Source of the DNA: a virus
Taxonomy: Duplodnaviria > Caudoviricetes
Virus record (IMG/VR): IMGVR_UViG_3300012953_000012
Span: 128,001-192,000 of that record
Length of the DNA: 64,000 nucleotides
Direction: 5' to 3' (one strand)
Shown here: positions 21,530 through 31,271 of the stretch, piece by piece
Position numbering within the stretch: position 1 is the stretch's first letter
How the letters are laid out: the number at the start of each line of letters is the position of its first letter
Translations under genes and position numbers: made by a program
The notes under the pieces: generated by a model
What the model was told of the DNA's origin: nothing
Database searches by the model: none
The model's input: the letters and a program-made list of their open reading frames with translations, nothing else

Positions 21530-21700
21530 TTAGGACTTTTCTCGGAGGTCCTGGGCCATCTTCAACAGGCGGCCTTCCGGCATCGCGTCACCCTTCTCGT
21601 CCATGACGTAGGACAAGGCCACCAGGATCATGGCGAGATGTTCTTCCGGGTCCTTGTGGGTGGTGCAGATCGTGTCGCAGAGAAACTTCCAGTTATCCAT
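21530..21700 (-). CDS. Small hypothetical protein
   Basis: GGAG RBS, starts MDNWKFL. Confidence 0.5.
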   Translation of the reverse strand: MDNWKFLCDTICTTHKDPEEHLAMILVALSYVMDEKGDAMPEGRLLKMAQDLREKS

Positions 21701-22094
21701 GGTGGCTCCAGACGTAGGGGACGGGGCAGGCGTTGAGGTCCTGCTGAGGTTTGGGGGATTGCGAAAGGGTGTCGATGACCTCGGGAGGCCACCCTGCTCG
21801 GCCACAAGGCTCGGTCAGCAGGGGATCGAACCAGGCGCACTCCTGACACGCGGTGCTGGGCCACACGTTGTCTTCACGCCCCACTCCCAGGAGGGCGAGA
21901 CGCTCCTCCTTCTGCTCGGTGGTCTGACGGGCAGTGTACGCCAGGTCTACCTCGCCGCCGTAGCCTTCCAGCAACACACGAAGGTCGGCGGCGTCCTCGT
22001 CGGTCATGACAAGGTGGACAGCGGTGGTGCCTCCGTCATGTTCGACAACGGGGTTGTGCTTCGGTTGGACCGTGAAGGGGCTACCTCTCTGCAC
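21693..22094 (-). CDS. Hypothetical protein (CxxC)
   Basis: Coupled ORF in the - strand operon; start uncertain. Confidence 0.5.
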   Translation of the reverse strand: MQRGSPFTVQPKHNPVVEHDGGTTAVHLVMTDEDAADLRVLLEGYGGEVDLAYTARQTTEQKEERLALLGVGREDNVWPSTACQECAWFDPLLTEPCGRAGWPPEVIDTLSQSPKPQQDLNACPVPYVWSHHG

Positions 22095-22425
22095 CCACAA
22101 ACGGAATAACCTTGCCCTCGTACCACCGTCCGACATCCTGGGCCTCCTGCTTAGAGAGCACTCTACCCCCGTTGCAAACCCTCACAGCAGGTCGTCCCTG
22201 GTAGGGGGGACAAGCATCGTCGTACCGCTTGACGCTGACACGCTTTCCGCTCGGTGCCATCCATACGGCTCCGGTGCTGGTAGACCCATGCGGCATGGCG
22301 GTTCCAACGGCGCGACGGACGGCGTCGGAGTCGGCTGCGCTGGTGAGGATGACGAGGTGGTCGTTGCCCCTGCGAAGGGATTCGTGGGTGAGGCGACAAG
22401 CGCACTCGGTTGCGATTCTGTTCAT
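22081..22425 (-). CDS. Hypothetical protein
   Basis: ATGA overlap with the upstream stop; starts MNRIATEC. Confidence 0.55.
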   Translation of the reverse strand: MNRIATECACRLTHESLRRGNDHLVILTSAADSDAVRRAVGTAMPHGSTSTGAVWMAPSGKRVSVKRYDDACPPYQGRPAVRVCNGGRVLSKQEAQDVGRWYEGKVIPFVGAER

Positions 22426-23444
22426 GTTGTCCGCTCCTTCGGTCCCGCTGCGAGGGTCCATCCGAACCTCCGATCTGCGATTCCGTTGTAGGGGGACACG
22501 CTGATGCAAACCTCGGCGTGTCCGGTGATGGACTCCATGGCATCGCTGCACATGGAGTGGATGGCTGTGGTGATGGGGTTGAACCCATCGGAAAGGTCGT
22601 CCGCCCCCCAGAGGGTGACGGTCCACATGGTGATCGTGGCCGCATCGTCGTGTGGCTTGCCTGCCACAGCGTTGATGTTGTGCGCCCGCAGGTAGTCGAT
22701 GACGCCCTTCTGGACGACTCCTGTGAGGCTCACGCGGCCTTGTGTGGTCGAGAGAGCCTTGTAGGAGTACAACCGCCGTTGGTCGTCCGAGAGGTCCGCC
22801 AGGGTGGCCGTAGGGATCTGTGTGGCCTTGCGAAGCATGGGGAGAGACCCTGCCTCGTAGCCTTTCACGCCTGTCGGGATTGCAGGCAGCCCCTTCTTCG
22901 CGATCTCGATGGCGTACTCCACGTCCATGCCTTCCTTGGTTGCGTCGGCTTCGACCCGGTCCATGATCTGGGCACAAGTGTCGGTGTGAGCGGAGACCTG
23001 GAGCCGCATTTCTTCGGCGACCTCCATGGAGGCGATCTCCAACTGCATCCCCAGGACCACAGGGTCCAGTGTGTCGGTCAGTACAGGGACCGCCGGGTGC
23101 CCTTCTTCAGGCAACAGCCCGGAACGCAACTCGGGAACGTCCCCGTCCAGGGACGCCCGTTCCGCGATGGCTGCCTCCATGAGAGGGTTCAGCATGGTCA
23201 TGCCGTTGTCATGCGTCAGGGTGAGCGGGGCACCGTGCGCCTCCCGTGCTGCCTTCTCCATGCGGGTGGATGCGGCGACGAGAGCGTCCCCGTGGCCTGC
23301 CTGGAGAGCGAGTTCAGCCAACTTGGTCAGGGCCTCCTCGGGTGCCAGCCGACCTTCCTGGAGAGCCAGCAAGACCGGTGCGGCCCCTGGTGTATCTTCC
23401 AGGAGGCGTTGAACCTGAGCAACGATGTCGAGCACGTCCCTCAC
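22422..23444 (-). CDS. Hypothetical protein
   Basis: GTGA overlap with the upstream stop; ~340-aa ORF. Confidence 0.65.
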   Translation of the reverse strand: MRDVLDIVAQVQRLLEDTPGAAPVLLALQEGRLAPEEALTKLAELALQAGHGDALVAASTRMEKAAREAHGAPLTLTHDNGMTMLNPLMEAAIAERASLDGDVPELRSGLLPEEGHPAVPVLTDTLDPVVLGMQLEIASMEVAEEMRLQVSAHTDTCAQIMDRVEADATKEGMDVEYAIEIAKKGLPAIPTGVKGYEAGSLPMLRKATQIPTATLADLSDDQRRLYSYKALSTTQGRVSLTGVVQKGVIDYLRAHNINAVAGKPHDDAATITMWTVTLWGADDLSDGFNPITTAIHSMCSDAMESITGHAEVCISVSPYNGIADRRFGWTLAAGPKERTT

Positions 23445-23623
23445 CCTTTCACCTGCGCCTGTGCCGCTGGGGGACGTGGGGGTGCGAACACCACGCGGAT
23501 CGTGCCACACTTGTTGTTGCGTCTGACGCGGGTTTCGTACTGGTCTGGGACCGTTACACCACGCGCTCTGAGTGCTTGCCTTAGCAGACTGTCGATCTCG
23601 TCCTGTTCAAGTACGAGTTCCAT
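23441..23623 (-). CDS. Small hypothetical protein
   Basis: AGGAGA RBS; coupled to the next gene. Confidence 0.6.
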   Translation of the reverse strand: MELVLEQDEIDSLLRQALRARGVTVPDQYETRVRRNNKCGTIRVVFAPPRPPAAQAQVKG

Positions 23624-23664
23624 GAGGGTTCTCCTGTGTGCCCCGGAAGTGGGGCATTGTGGGA

Positions 23665-24588
23665 CTATTTCTTCTTACTTGACCCGAATGTGATCTTACC
23701 CCCCACACCGATGACCCGTTCTTTTGGGGCTTCAGGTGCGGCCCACGGGTCAGGTTCCGGTGGGGGAGGTGGTCCGCCTCCGACCATGACCCCACCGGAA
23801 GGCATGTTCGTGTTGAAGGAGGGTCGTGGAGGCGTGGGAGCCTTGCGCTCGGGCCTGGTCGGGTGGGCGGCAGGCTTCTCAGGGATCATGTCGGCGGCGC
23901 GGGCACGCTTGATGGCGATGTCTCGTGCGTGCTTGCAGGGAACCTCTCGGGACGCACAAGTGCATTCCCACTGACCGTCATGGTGAAGGGTGACCTCATA
24001 GATGACCCGCTTGCCCTTCGCGTCTTTTGAGTCTCCCTGGACACGCCAACGCCCGATGATCTCGTCGGGGGTTTCCTCTGGGACATCAGGGATTTCCTGG
24101 GACCCATCCACATGAGTAGGCTGCGGAGATGGATCTGGGGTCACTGTTGTGGGGTCTACGGGGTCATTGTCGGGGATCGGGTCCTCAGGTGGTTCCGGCT
24201 CTGGTTCCGGCTCCTTCTGAAAGCCCGAAGGGGCCACCATGCCCATCATCTCGGCTGCTGCTCGTCCAACGTCGGCGTCCGTGACGGGCTCCCAGTCCCC
24301 ACGCTGGTCGCTGATCTCAATCGCCAACGCCTGTCGGAGCATGTCTGGGAAGTCGGGGAGGCCGAGGACCGTCGCCGTGTTCTCCGGGGCGAAGTCCGGG
24401 TTGTGAAGAAGGCGGTCCTCCTGGGTCAGGATCCGCTTGTTCCACTTGGTGCCTGCGCCCTTGCTGTTGCGACAGCCCACGTTCATGCACACGCCGCAAA
24501 ACATCTGCTTGAACTGCTCAGGTGCGAGCAACTTGCGGTGCTCACCGTCGTAGCAGCCGTCGAACAAGTCTGGGAGGGATTTACTCAT
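23665..24588 (-). CDS. SWIM zinc-finger-containing protein with Pro-rich linkers
   Basis: WECTCASREVPCKH (CxCx(n)CKH); N-terminal CxxCxxxxC; ATGA overlap. Confidence 0.65.
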   Translation of the reverse strand: MSKSLPDLFDGCYDGEHRKLLAPEQFKQMFCGVCMNVGCRNSKGAGTKWNKRILTQEDRLLHNPDFAPENTATVLGLPDFPDMLRQALAIEISDQRGDWEPVTDADVGRAAAEMMGMVAPSGFQKEPEPEPEPPEDPIPDNDPVDPTTVTPDPSPQPTHVDGSQEIPDVPEETPDEIIGRWRVQGDSKDAKGKRVIYEVTLHHDGQWECTCASREVPCKHARDIAIKRARAADMIPEKPAAHPTRPERKAPTPPRPSFNTNMPSGGVMVGGGPPPPPEPDPWAAPEAPKERVIGVGGKITFGSSKKK

Positions 24589-25157
24589 GACTCCTTCTTC
24601 TTGCGGAACCAGATCTGGTCGGGGCTGGTGTAGGTGAGAGTCAACTCCGTGCCGGGGGTGACGTCCTTCGTCGCGAAGAAATCCATGTAGCGTCGGTCGG
24701 TGTCCGGTTCGATGTAGGGTTGGCACCTCATGTTGGCCTCTTTCCTGGGGGCGTGGTTGTAGAGCATCCCGTTGCCCAGCACCAACGCTCGGATCTCGTC
24801 CTTGCGCCACGGATGGACCATGTGCTTGAGTAGCACCCCGCCCCGCCCCACATAGGGATGCAGCATGGTGCCTTGCAGCGTTCGCTCCAGAGGCATGTCA
24901 GGGGTGTCCAGGATGTAGGCGGCACAGCGTTCGACAAGCATCCCTTCCTGGAGAGGTGAGCGGCTGAAGACCCCCAACCCCTTCCCTGGAATGTGTTGGA
25001 TGTACAAGCCTCCGCCGTAGTGGACCAGGCGGGCCTCTCGGGCCTCTCGGAGCGGGGATCCACAAAACTCGCAAAGAGGGTTGTGGTCGGCACCCCTTCT
25101 CTCAACGATCTCGTTGACGACCCCGCAGTGGGCGCATGGGATCTGGCTGACGTCCAT
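24585..25157 (-). CDS. SET-domain protein-lysine methyltransferase-like, with N-terminal zinc ribbon
   Basis: GKGLGVF, GMLYNH..., FFATKDVTPGTELTLTY (SET motifs GxG, NH, ELxxxY); CxxC..CxxC N-terminus. Confidence 0.85.
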   Translation of the reverse strand: MDVSQIPCAHCGVVNEIVERRGADHNPLCEFCGSPLREAREARLVHYGGGLYIQHIPGKGLGVFSRSPLQEGMLVERCAAYILDTPDMPLERTLQGTMLHPYVGRGGVLLKHMVHPWRKDEIRALVLGNGMLYNHAPRKEANMRCQPYIEPDTDRRYMDFFATKDVTPGTELTLTYTSPDQIWFRKKKES

Positions 25158-25165
25158 CTCTACTC

Positions 25166-25663
25166 CTACGCTACGTTGAAGCCGCCACCCCGCACTACAA
25201 CGACATGGCGGCCTTCCCGCCATGCAAACACTACCCGCTGGAAGACCTCGACAGCCTCCGTAGGAACGCCGTCAGACAGGGGCGGCTCGTAGCACTCAGG
25301 CGGCCCGTGCTTGAGTCTACGGCCCTTTCCCTTACTCCCCCCAGGTCGGCAGAGCGGTTCGTCCCAGGTCAGGCACGCCTTCCCGATCTTGCACACGCCT
25401 TCATCGGAGGCCACGCGCCTGGCGCTGGCTCGGGGGTCTCGCCCCAACTCCCGCACCAGAGGTAGAAAACGCCCGTGTAGGGCGTGTGATAGGGACTCGG
25501 CGGTGATCTCCTTGACCCCCGCTTCCCAGGTGGTCCCCCGGAGCGATTCAAGTACCCCCCAGTGGTCCGCGTCCTCGGGGACCTCCTCCACCAGGAGCAG
25601 CACCTTTTCGGCCTCCCGTCCGGGAAGGGGGGAGGGGTCGGTGAGGTCAAGGATTCTCACCAC
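25166..25663 (-). CDS. Hypothetical protein
   Basis: ORF in the - strand operon with several Cys. Confidence 0.55.
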   Translation of the reverse strand: MVRILDLTDPSPLPGREAEKVLLLVEEVPEDADHWGVLESLRGTTWEAGVKEITAESLSHALHGRFLPLVRELGRDPRASARRVASDEGVCKIGKACLTWDEPLCRPGGSKGKGRRLKHGPPECYEPPLSDGVPTEAVEVFQRVVFAWREGRHVVVVRGGGFNVA

Positions 25664-26252
25664 TCCCCCCTACTTGTTTGAAGAAGCGACTGGCTCCCCC
25701 GGTGTCTCCGAACCGATGGCCGTCTCCGTCCATGGGGAACATGCCGGTCTTCCCGGCTTCGCGCTTTGCGGATCGGCTCGACCCCGCGCTGTGCATCCCT
25801 CCAGCAAGCGAATCAGCATCCAATCGAGCAACGGGGCAATCCGGCTCGCAGATCCAGTTGGCGACAGTCTCCTTGCCTTCTGCGTCCCCATGCTCCACTT
25901 TGTTTTGAAGTCCTTCTGCTGTTCCGTAGACTCCGTGTTTCCCGAAGGCTCCTGTGCTTCCCGGCTTCATGCCCCCAGTAATAGCCTTCACCCTCTTGAC
26001 CCCACCACACCGACAACCTTCAAGGTGCTGGAGGATCACGTTGGCGGGCCATCTTCCTTTCGAGGTCGTAGCGACATAGGCGGGTCGCTCCTTTCGCCCA
26101 AACCCGCTCCAAACCTCCAGTCGGTTGATGGGTATCCGATCCGACCCGACCCGAGAGGCGTCGATGTTGATCCCCCCCGTCCCATGACGGAGGGTGTTGG
26201 CTGCGACGGTCCCTTCGGACAAGGGCTTCCGTAGGACGTGGATCATCCTCAT
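25647..26252 (-). CDS. DNA amino-methyltransferase middle module, copy 2 (no catalytic or SAM motif)
   Basis: RKPLSEGTVAANTLRHGTGGINID..GRWPAN..GDTGGASRFF; ATGA overlap with the tdk stop. Confidence 0.75.
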   Translation of the reverse strand: MRMIHVLRKPLSEGTVAANTLRHGTGGINIDASRVGSDRIPINRLEVWSGFGRKERPAYVATTSKGRWPANVILQHLEGCRCGGVKRVKAITGGMKPGSTGAFGKHGVYGTAEGLQNKVEHGDAEGKETVANWICEPDCPVARLDADSLAGGMHSAGSSRSAKREAGKTGMFPMDGDGHRFGDTGGASRFFKQVGGSGENP

Positions 26253-26857
26253 TGTCGCCCCTTCACCCAGCACGCTCGACAGCGGGCCTCGTACATCCCC
26301 GTCGAGCCGACCTGCACCTGCTCCCCGGAGTCTTGATCAGGCAACCGGAACGAACGAGTGGCAGGCTTGCCACACACCTCGTCCCACTTCCACTGACCCC
26401 CCACGGTTCGTGTTCTTGTGGTCCCGTGTACGCATACGGCAGTCAGTTTGGTCACCTTGTCGGCCACCGCGAGAAGTCGTGCCATCGGCCCGAACGGCTG
26501 ACCATCAGAGTCGAGATCAAGCCCCGCGACGATGACCCGGCGACCTCTGTTTGCTTCTGACTCCAGCACGTCCACGATCTCGTCGTCAAGGAACTGCACC
26601 TCGTCCACTCCGATGACCTTCCCTGTCATGTAGAAGGGCTGTGTTCGGAGAAGGCGTTTGACGTGATCCACGTCCTTGACGGCGACCGCTTCCAGTGTGC
26701 CCCCAACGTGGGTCGCCAGCGAATCCTTGGAGTAGCGGTCGTCAATCGCGGGCTTCATCACAAGGGTGAACTGGTCCGCGATCTGGCACCGACGCAGACG
26801 CCGGATCAACTCCTCTGACTTGCCGCTGTACATGCAGCCTGTGATGGCCTCAAGCAT
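26249..26857 (-). CDS. tdk: Thymidine kinase
   Basis: GCMYSGKSEELIRR, VIGVDEVQF, VAGLDLD..GQPFG, KLTAVC..C, YEARCRAC. Confidence 0.95.
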   Translation of the reverse strand: MLEAITGCMYSGKSEELIRRLRRCQIADQFTLVMKPAIDDRYSKDSLATHVGGTLEAVAVKDVDHVKRLLRTQPFYMTGKVIGVDEVQFLDDEIVDVLESEANRGRRVIVAGLDLDSDGQPFGPMARLLAVADKVTKLTAVCVHGTTRTRTVGGQWKWDEVCGKPATRSFRLPDQDSGEQVQVGSTGMYEARCRACWVKGRQ

Positions 26858-27527
26858 CCTCCTTCCCTCCGATCTGTTTGTAGAAGCGTGAGGCTCCTCC
26901 TGTGTCTCCAAAACCGGGGTCTCCCCGCACCTCATCTGCGGACAATGCCTGACCCAGTCCGTTGCCCCCGCCGTAGATCGTAGAGGTGGTGGAGATGTTG
27001 GCGGTGCGCCCGCCTGTGCTCTTGGTCACACCGCTCTGCTCATCCAATCGTGCGACAGGACAGCCGGATTCACAGATCCAGTTGGCTACCGTCTCCTTGC
27101 CGTCCTTGTCCGTGTGATTGAAGTAGGGGCGGTTCTGCTTCTCGGCAAAGCCGCCGTGCGCTGTAATGGGGGCGGCATGTCGGTGGGGTTTCGTCCCTCC
27201 AGTGATCCCCTTCACCTTCTTGACCCCAGCACGCCTACACCCGTCGAGGTGCTGGAGGACCACGTTCGCGGGCCACCTGCCGAGTTTCTGTGCGTCCGAA
27301 GGCACATAGGACGATCCCGCTGCGTACATGCCAGGGCCGTCACCGATGCCTGTCCTGTCAGCCATCAGGTTGTCCTTCCCTCGACGCACGACGCCTGTGA
27401 CAACGTGCGAGCCGTCACTGGAGATGCGGGATGCGTCGATATTCAACCCGCCCGTGCCGTGCTTCAAGGTGTTCGCGGCCACGGTGCCTTCGGAGAGAGG
27501 CTTACGGAGGACGTGGATCATCCTCAT
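26850..27527 (-). CDS. DNA amino-methyltransferase middle module, copy 1
   Basis: MRMIHVLRKPLSEGTVAANTLKHGTGGLNID..GRWPAN..GGASRFY; ATGA overlap with the N-module stop. Confidence 0.75.
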   Translation of the reverse strand: MRMIHVLRKPLSEGTVAANTLKHGTGGLNIDASRISSDGSHVVTGVVRRGKDNLMADRTGIGDGPGMYAAGSSYVPSDAQKLGRWPANVVLQHLDGCRRAGVKKVKGITGGTKPHRHAAPITAHGGFAEKQNRPYFNHTDKDGKETVANWICESGCPVARLDEQSGVTKSTGGRTANISTTSTIYGGGNGLGQALSADEVRGDPGFGDTGGASRFYKQIGGKEDA

Positions 27528-28126
27528 TCCGGCTTCCTCCCCACACAAACCGGTTCCCACGAAGGTTTCAAAGCGGTTCCCCACCCATCCCAGCGTTGAG
27601 CCTTTTCAACAAGAGGGACGTGGTGCCTCTCCCCGCTCTCTTTCATGAAAGATCCCGGTCCCGCACCAAAACCTTGGCCTCTGTCCAGCGCACCCCTTTT
27701 CCCTTCAGTCTTTTGGGTTTTGTAGCGACCGTGATTCGGGCTTGTGGGATCAGGCCCCCCGTGGGGAACCCCACGCGCCGCCTTGTCCAGAGCCTTGCCG
27801 ATGTTCATGCTCTTGGGGAAGCCTGAGCCGTAGTTCCACGACTCGATCCGAAGGTCGGTGAACCCGGCCTCGGCCATAGCCGCAGCCATCCGATGATAGG
27901 TGCGAGTACCGGAGAACGCCTTGATGACCCCACCGGGTCGGAGCACTCGGTACACTTCGTCCCAGAGGTCGGCTGAGAAGGCGATGCCTGCGCCCTCGGC
28001 ATCCCACGTCTTGCCCATGAACGAGATGTGGTACGGAGGGTCGCAGATGAACGCTCCAACGAAGCCTTCCTCGTATTCACCGAGGACTTCCACACAGTCA
28101 CCGTGTCGTAGAGTCAGCCACTGCAT
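27524..28126 (-). CDS. DNA amino-methyltransferase (beta class) N-terminal catalytic module, copy 1
   Basis: HGDC, DPPY, FMGKTWD, YGSGFPKS, WGTALKPSWEP; lacks FxGxG. Confidence 0.85.
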   Translation of the reverse strand: MQWLTLRHGDCVEVLGEYEEGFVGAFICDPPYHISFMGKTWDAEGAGIAFSADLWDEVYRVLRPGGVIKAFSGTRTYHRMAAAMAEAGFTDLRIESWNYGSGFPKSMNIGKALDKAARGVPHGGPDPTSPNHGRYKTQKTEGKRGALDRGQGFGAGPGSFMKESGERHHVPLVEKAQRWDGWGTALKPSWEPVCVGRKPE

Positions 28127-28134
28127 CGTGCCCC

Positions 28135-28959
28135 CTACAGTCCGAACAGGTCGTCGAGAGAAATGGTCTCGGGCTCGGCTTCGCGTGCCTCGGTGATCTC
28201 AGTGAGGTCGGAAGACACTTCGGCAGCGTTCCATCCAGCATCACGGGTGTTCCAGTACCGGACCCGGCCCTCGGCGATGGTCAGGTACTCCTTCTCCCGT
28301 TCGATGCCGATGAAGTCGTGCCCTGTCTGGACACAGGCGATGCCCGTAGTCCCGCTGCCCATGAACGGGTCCACCACAGGACCTACGTCCTTCGGCACAT
28401 CGTGGAGCAGCCGTGCCATGACGGCGTAGGGCTTCACGGTGGGGTGGACGTTGCGGCGCTTCTTCACCCGGTTCAGGCCGATGTCCTGACCTCCAGGTGC
28501 CTCGACATCCTCGCCTTCCTCGGTCGATGCGATGGCCCCCTGTGCGCCCCCGGACATGCCGAAGACCTTGAGGGGTAGGTGGTCCAGTCCGGCCTCACGT
28601 TCCTTGCGGGCGGCTTTGGCGACGTAGTGCATCTGGTCGGTCGTGCTGTCGGCCACCATGATGCAGTCGCGGACCTCAAAGCCAGTGTCCTCAGCGAAGC
28701 AGGCTCCGGTGTGTCCCGTGGGTTCAGCGGGGTCGTTGGCGAGCATCAGGTGTCCGCCCGGCTTCAAAGCCCGATGGGCCTCGGTGATCTCGTCGAGGGA
28801 GTCCAGAGAAGACTCCAGCACGATGCCGTGAACGCTCTCGTCCTCGTGCTGGGACCAGTCGTAGCCTTTGGTGGCGTAGACGAACACACCCTCGACCCCC
28901 TGGGGGTCACCGGGCGTGATCATGTCACGCAGGTAGTCAATCAGTTCGGGGTTCATCAC
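28135..28959 (-). CDS. DNA amino-methyltransferase C-terminal SAM-binding module with a degenerate N-half
   Basis: GFEVRD, YVAKAARKER, HPTVKP, VDPFMGSGTTG, IGIERE; no DPPY. Confidence 0.85.
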   Translation of the reverse strand: MMNPELIDYLRDMITPGDPQGVEGVFVYATKGYDWSQHEDESVHGIVLESSLDSLDEITEAHRALKPGGHLMLANDPAEPTGHTGACFAEDTGFEVRDCIMVADSTTDQMHYVAKAARKEREAGLDHLPLKVFGMSGGAQGAIASTEEGEDVEAPGGQDIGLNRVKKRRNVHPTVKPYAVMARLLHDVPKDVGPVVDPFMGSGTTGIACVQTGHDFIGIEREKEYLTIAEGRVRYWNTRDAGWNAAEVSSDLTEITEAREAEPETISLDDLFGL

Positions 28960-29157
28960 GGGCAGGTCCTCGGGTCACGGAGTGGGCAATAAGCACGACG
29001 GAGAGTGCCCACACGCAGGCCAATGTACCCACAACCTCCGCGACCCTACGGGTGCGTCGGAAGCGTCGGGGGCGCTTGGTTTTCATGGTCATAGAAGGGA
29101 GTACCCGTTGGTCTGTCTATGGTGACCCCCCATCGTAGACGACGAAGGAACACCCCG

Positions 29158-30609
29158 ATGCCCCGCTACCCAGCACCACAGGTCCAGTACAAGAAGGACG
29201 AACGAGCACGAGCGAAGCACATCGCGGCGGCTCGACGCGACTTCCGAGCCCTGTTGAAGGCGGTGGCACCGGACGCGGCGAAGATCAAGGCGCTCCACAA
29301 GCGAGATCAAAACAAGCAGAAGCGTGCGTTGGTCAAGAGCCTCAAGGGGCGGGGCGACGTGCGTGCATTTCTCGACAAGTACATGGGCACCGAGTCGGCG
29401 AGTCCGAAGGCGTACTCGTGGCGAAACACGGGGCAGTATCTGGTCCGGGACGCGGCGCTTGGGATCAAGAGCCTCCGGGATGTCCTGCCTGCACTGGACA
29501 AGGTGACGAGCAACGGCTTCCAGGCATTGACCGTCGAGGAGTTTCAAGCACCCCTGCGGTCTACGATCCCAGCCCTGCTGCGGGAGTACCTGCCCCAGAC
29601 GGTCGAGGTCAACGTAGACGAGAACGGGACCATCCAGCGGGTCACGGACAGGTTCAACAACGAGTACAAGACCCTGGCAGTCAAGATCGCCCACCAGAAG
29701 GCGCTCCTGAAGAAGTACAACGCCATCGCCAAGCGGGTGAAGCGGGACCTCAAGTCCTCGGACGAGATCACCCGGCTCTCGGCGCTGATCACATCGATCC
29801 TCATGGAGACCGGCATCCGACCCGGCAAGCGAGGCAACGGCGTGGTCAAGACCATCGGCGACAAGGAAGAGTTCATCGAAACCTTCGGAGCCGTGACCCT
29901 GGGGCCTGGGCACGTCAACTTCGTCCGGGACAACTTCGTGGAGTTGAGTTTCCTGGGCAAGATGACCGGCCAGAACACGGCCACGCTGTCCGACCGGGTG
30001 ATCATCAAGGCGCTCCAGGACTATGTGAACAACGCCCTCAAGTCGGGGAGCAAGTACGTCTTCGTGGCCGACGATGGCTACGAGTACACATACAACGACC
30101 TGTACAAGTACTTCCAGAAGCACTTCAAGGGGATTGACCCCACGGACTGGCGCAAACTCAAAGCCTCCGAGACCGTGTTCGATGCCATCCAGGAAGAACA
30201 GGAAGCCCTGTACAGCAGGATTCTGGCCTTCGCAGACAGCGAGGGTGATGATCTCATGGACCGGGTGACCGAAGAGATCGCAGCGACGTTGGACCGAGCC
30301 ATCGCCAAAGCCCAGGTCGCCCTGTCTCACGACAAGGCCACGACGACGAAGAAGCAGTACATCAACCCAGAGGTACTGCTTCGGTTCCTGAGCACCGCGA
30401 CGATGGGAGGCGCGACGTTCCGCGATGCCATCCTCGCAGGGAAGCCGACGTTGGCGTTTGACCCGCAACGGTTCATCGAGGTCGCCAGCGCAGCAGCCGT
30501 AGGCAAGAGAGCCAGCCGCCGTCTGCTCCTCGCCGGGGGTGCGGCCATGACCTTGGAAGAGATGCTGGACGTGCTGGCGGACTCACTGATGATTGAAGGG
30601 GAGAGGTAG
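29158..30609 (+). CDS. Type IB DNA topoisomerase (poxvirus/bacterial TopIB-like)
   Basis: Catalytic pentad recognisable: ETGIRPG (R), FLGK (K), TDWRK (R), ALSH (H), KQYINP (Y); ETFGAVTL; start may be 29119. Confidence 0.85.
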   Translation: MPRYPAPQVQYKKDERARAKHIAAARRDFRALLKAVAPDAAKIKALHKRDQNKQKRALVKSLKGRGDVRAFLDKYMGTESASPKAYSWRNTGQYLVRDAALGIKSLRDVLPALDKVTSNGFQALTVEEFQAPLRSTIPALLREYLPQTVEVNVDENGTIQRVTDRFNNEYKTLAVKIAHQKALLKKYNAIAKRVKRDLKSSDEITRLSALITSILMETGIRPGKRGNGVVKTIGDKEEFIETFGAVTLGPGHVNFVRDNFVELSFLGKMTGQNTATLSDRVIIKALQDYVNNALKSGSKYVFVADDGYEYTYNDLYKYFQKHFKGIDPTDWRKLKASETVFDAIQEEQEALYSRILAFADSEGDDLMDRVTEEIAATLDRAIAKAQVALSHDKATTTKKQYINPEVLLRFLSTATMGGATFRDAILAGKPTLAFDPQRFIEVASAAAVGKRASRRLLLAGGAAMTLEEMLDVLADSLMIEGER

Positions 30610-30612
30610 ACG

Positions 30613-30882
30613 ATGGAAGTGAACCCGAAAGACCCGAAGACCTACATCCCTGTCCTGGTCGTCCTGGCGGGAACGCTCGGCGCGGGGTCGATGCTGGGAC
30701 TGACCATCGAACCGGAAGAGACTACGGCCCTACGGGTCGAGAACGCCATGCTCACAGAGCGCACGTCGAACCTGGAGGCGCAGACCGAGACCCTGGAAGC
30801 GCGGGTAGCATCCCTTGAACGGATCGTCGAAGGGTGCCGGGCGGTCGTGGATGCGTGCCGCACGGCGACCACAGGCCCATAG
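30613..30882 (+). CDS. Membrane-anchored coiled-coil protein
   Basis: N-terminal TM helix then heptads. Confidence 0.6.
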   Translation: MEVNPKDPKTYIPVLVVLAGTLGAGSMLGLTIEPEETTALRVENAMLTERTSNLEAQTETLEARVASLERIVEGCRAVVDACRTATTGP

Positions 30883-30898
30883 AGGGGAGACAAGACCC

Positions 30899-31228
30899 AT
30901 GATGAAGCACCTTTCCGACCTCATGACCGTGGTCCAGATCGCAGTGGTCTGGACCTTCGTCTTCTGCGCCGCAACCATCGTGGCCACCGGCCACGCACAG
31001 ACGCCAGGTCCGAAGATGGACCCTCAGTCGGCAGACGAAGCCATCGAGAACCTGGAAGAACTTATGGGTCAGTACGAGCAGGGTCAGTACGCGAACCAAC
31101 CATCGGGACTGGCAGCAGCACAAGCCAGGATCACGGAGTTGGAGATGGCCCTGGGACTGTTGAGCAAGCAACACGAAAGCCTACAGGCAGAGCACGTTGC
31201 ACTACAGGAACGGTGCGCCCAGCGGTGA
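30899..31228 (+). CDS. Membrane-anchored or secreted coiled-coil protein
   Basis: GGAGA RBS; hydrophobic N-terminus, heptad C-terminus. Confidence 0.6.
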   Translation: MMKHLSDLMTVVQIAVVWTFVFCAATIVATGHAQTPGPKMDPQSADEAIENLEELMGQYEQGQYANQPSGLAAAQARITELEMALGLLSKQHESLQAEHVALQERCAQR

Positions 31229-31271
31229 CCCTACCGCCGCCACCATGACCCGTCCCGAAGGGGGGAGAGAG

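Noticed and set aside
27524-27527. Programmed frameshift fusing the MTase N and middle modules
   Set aside because: No slippery heptamer at the junction. The RKP segment is duplicated and the second middle module starts identically after tdk, which fits independent initiation.
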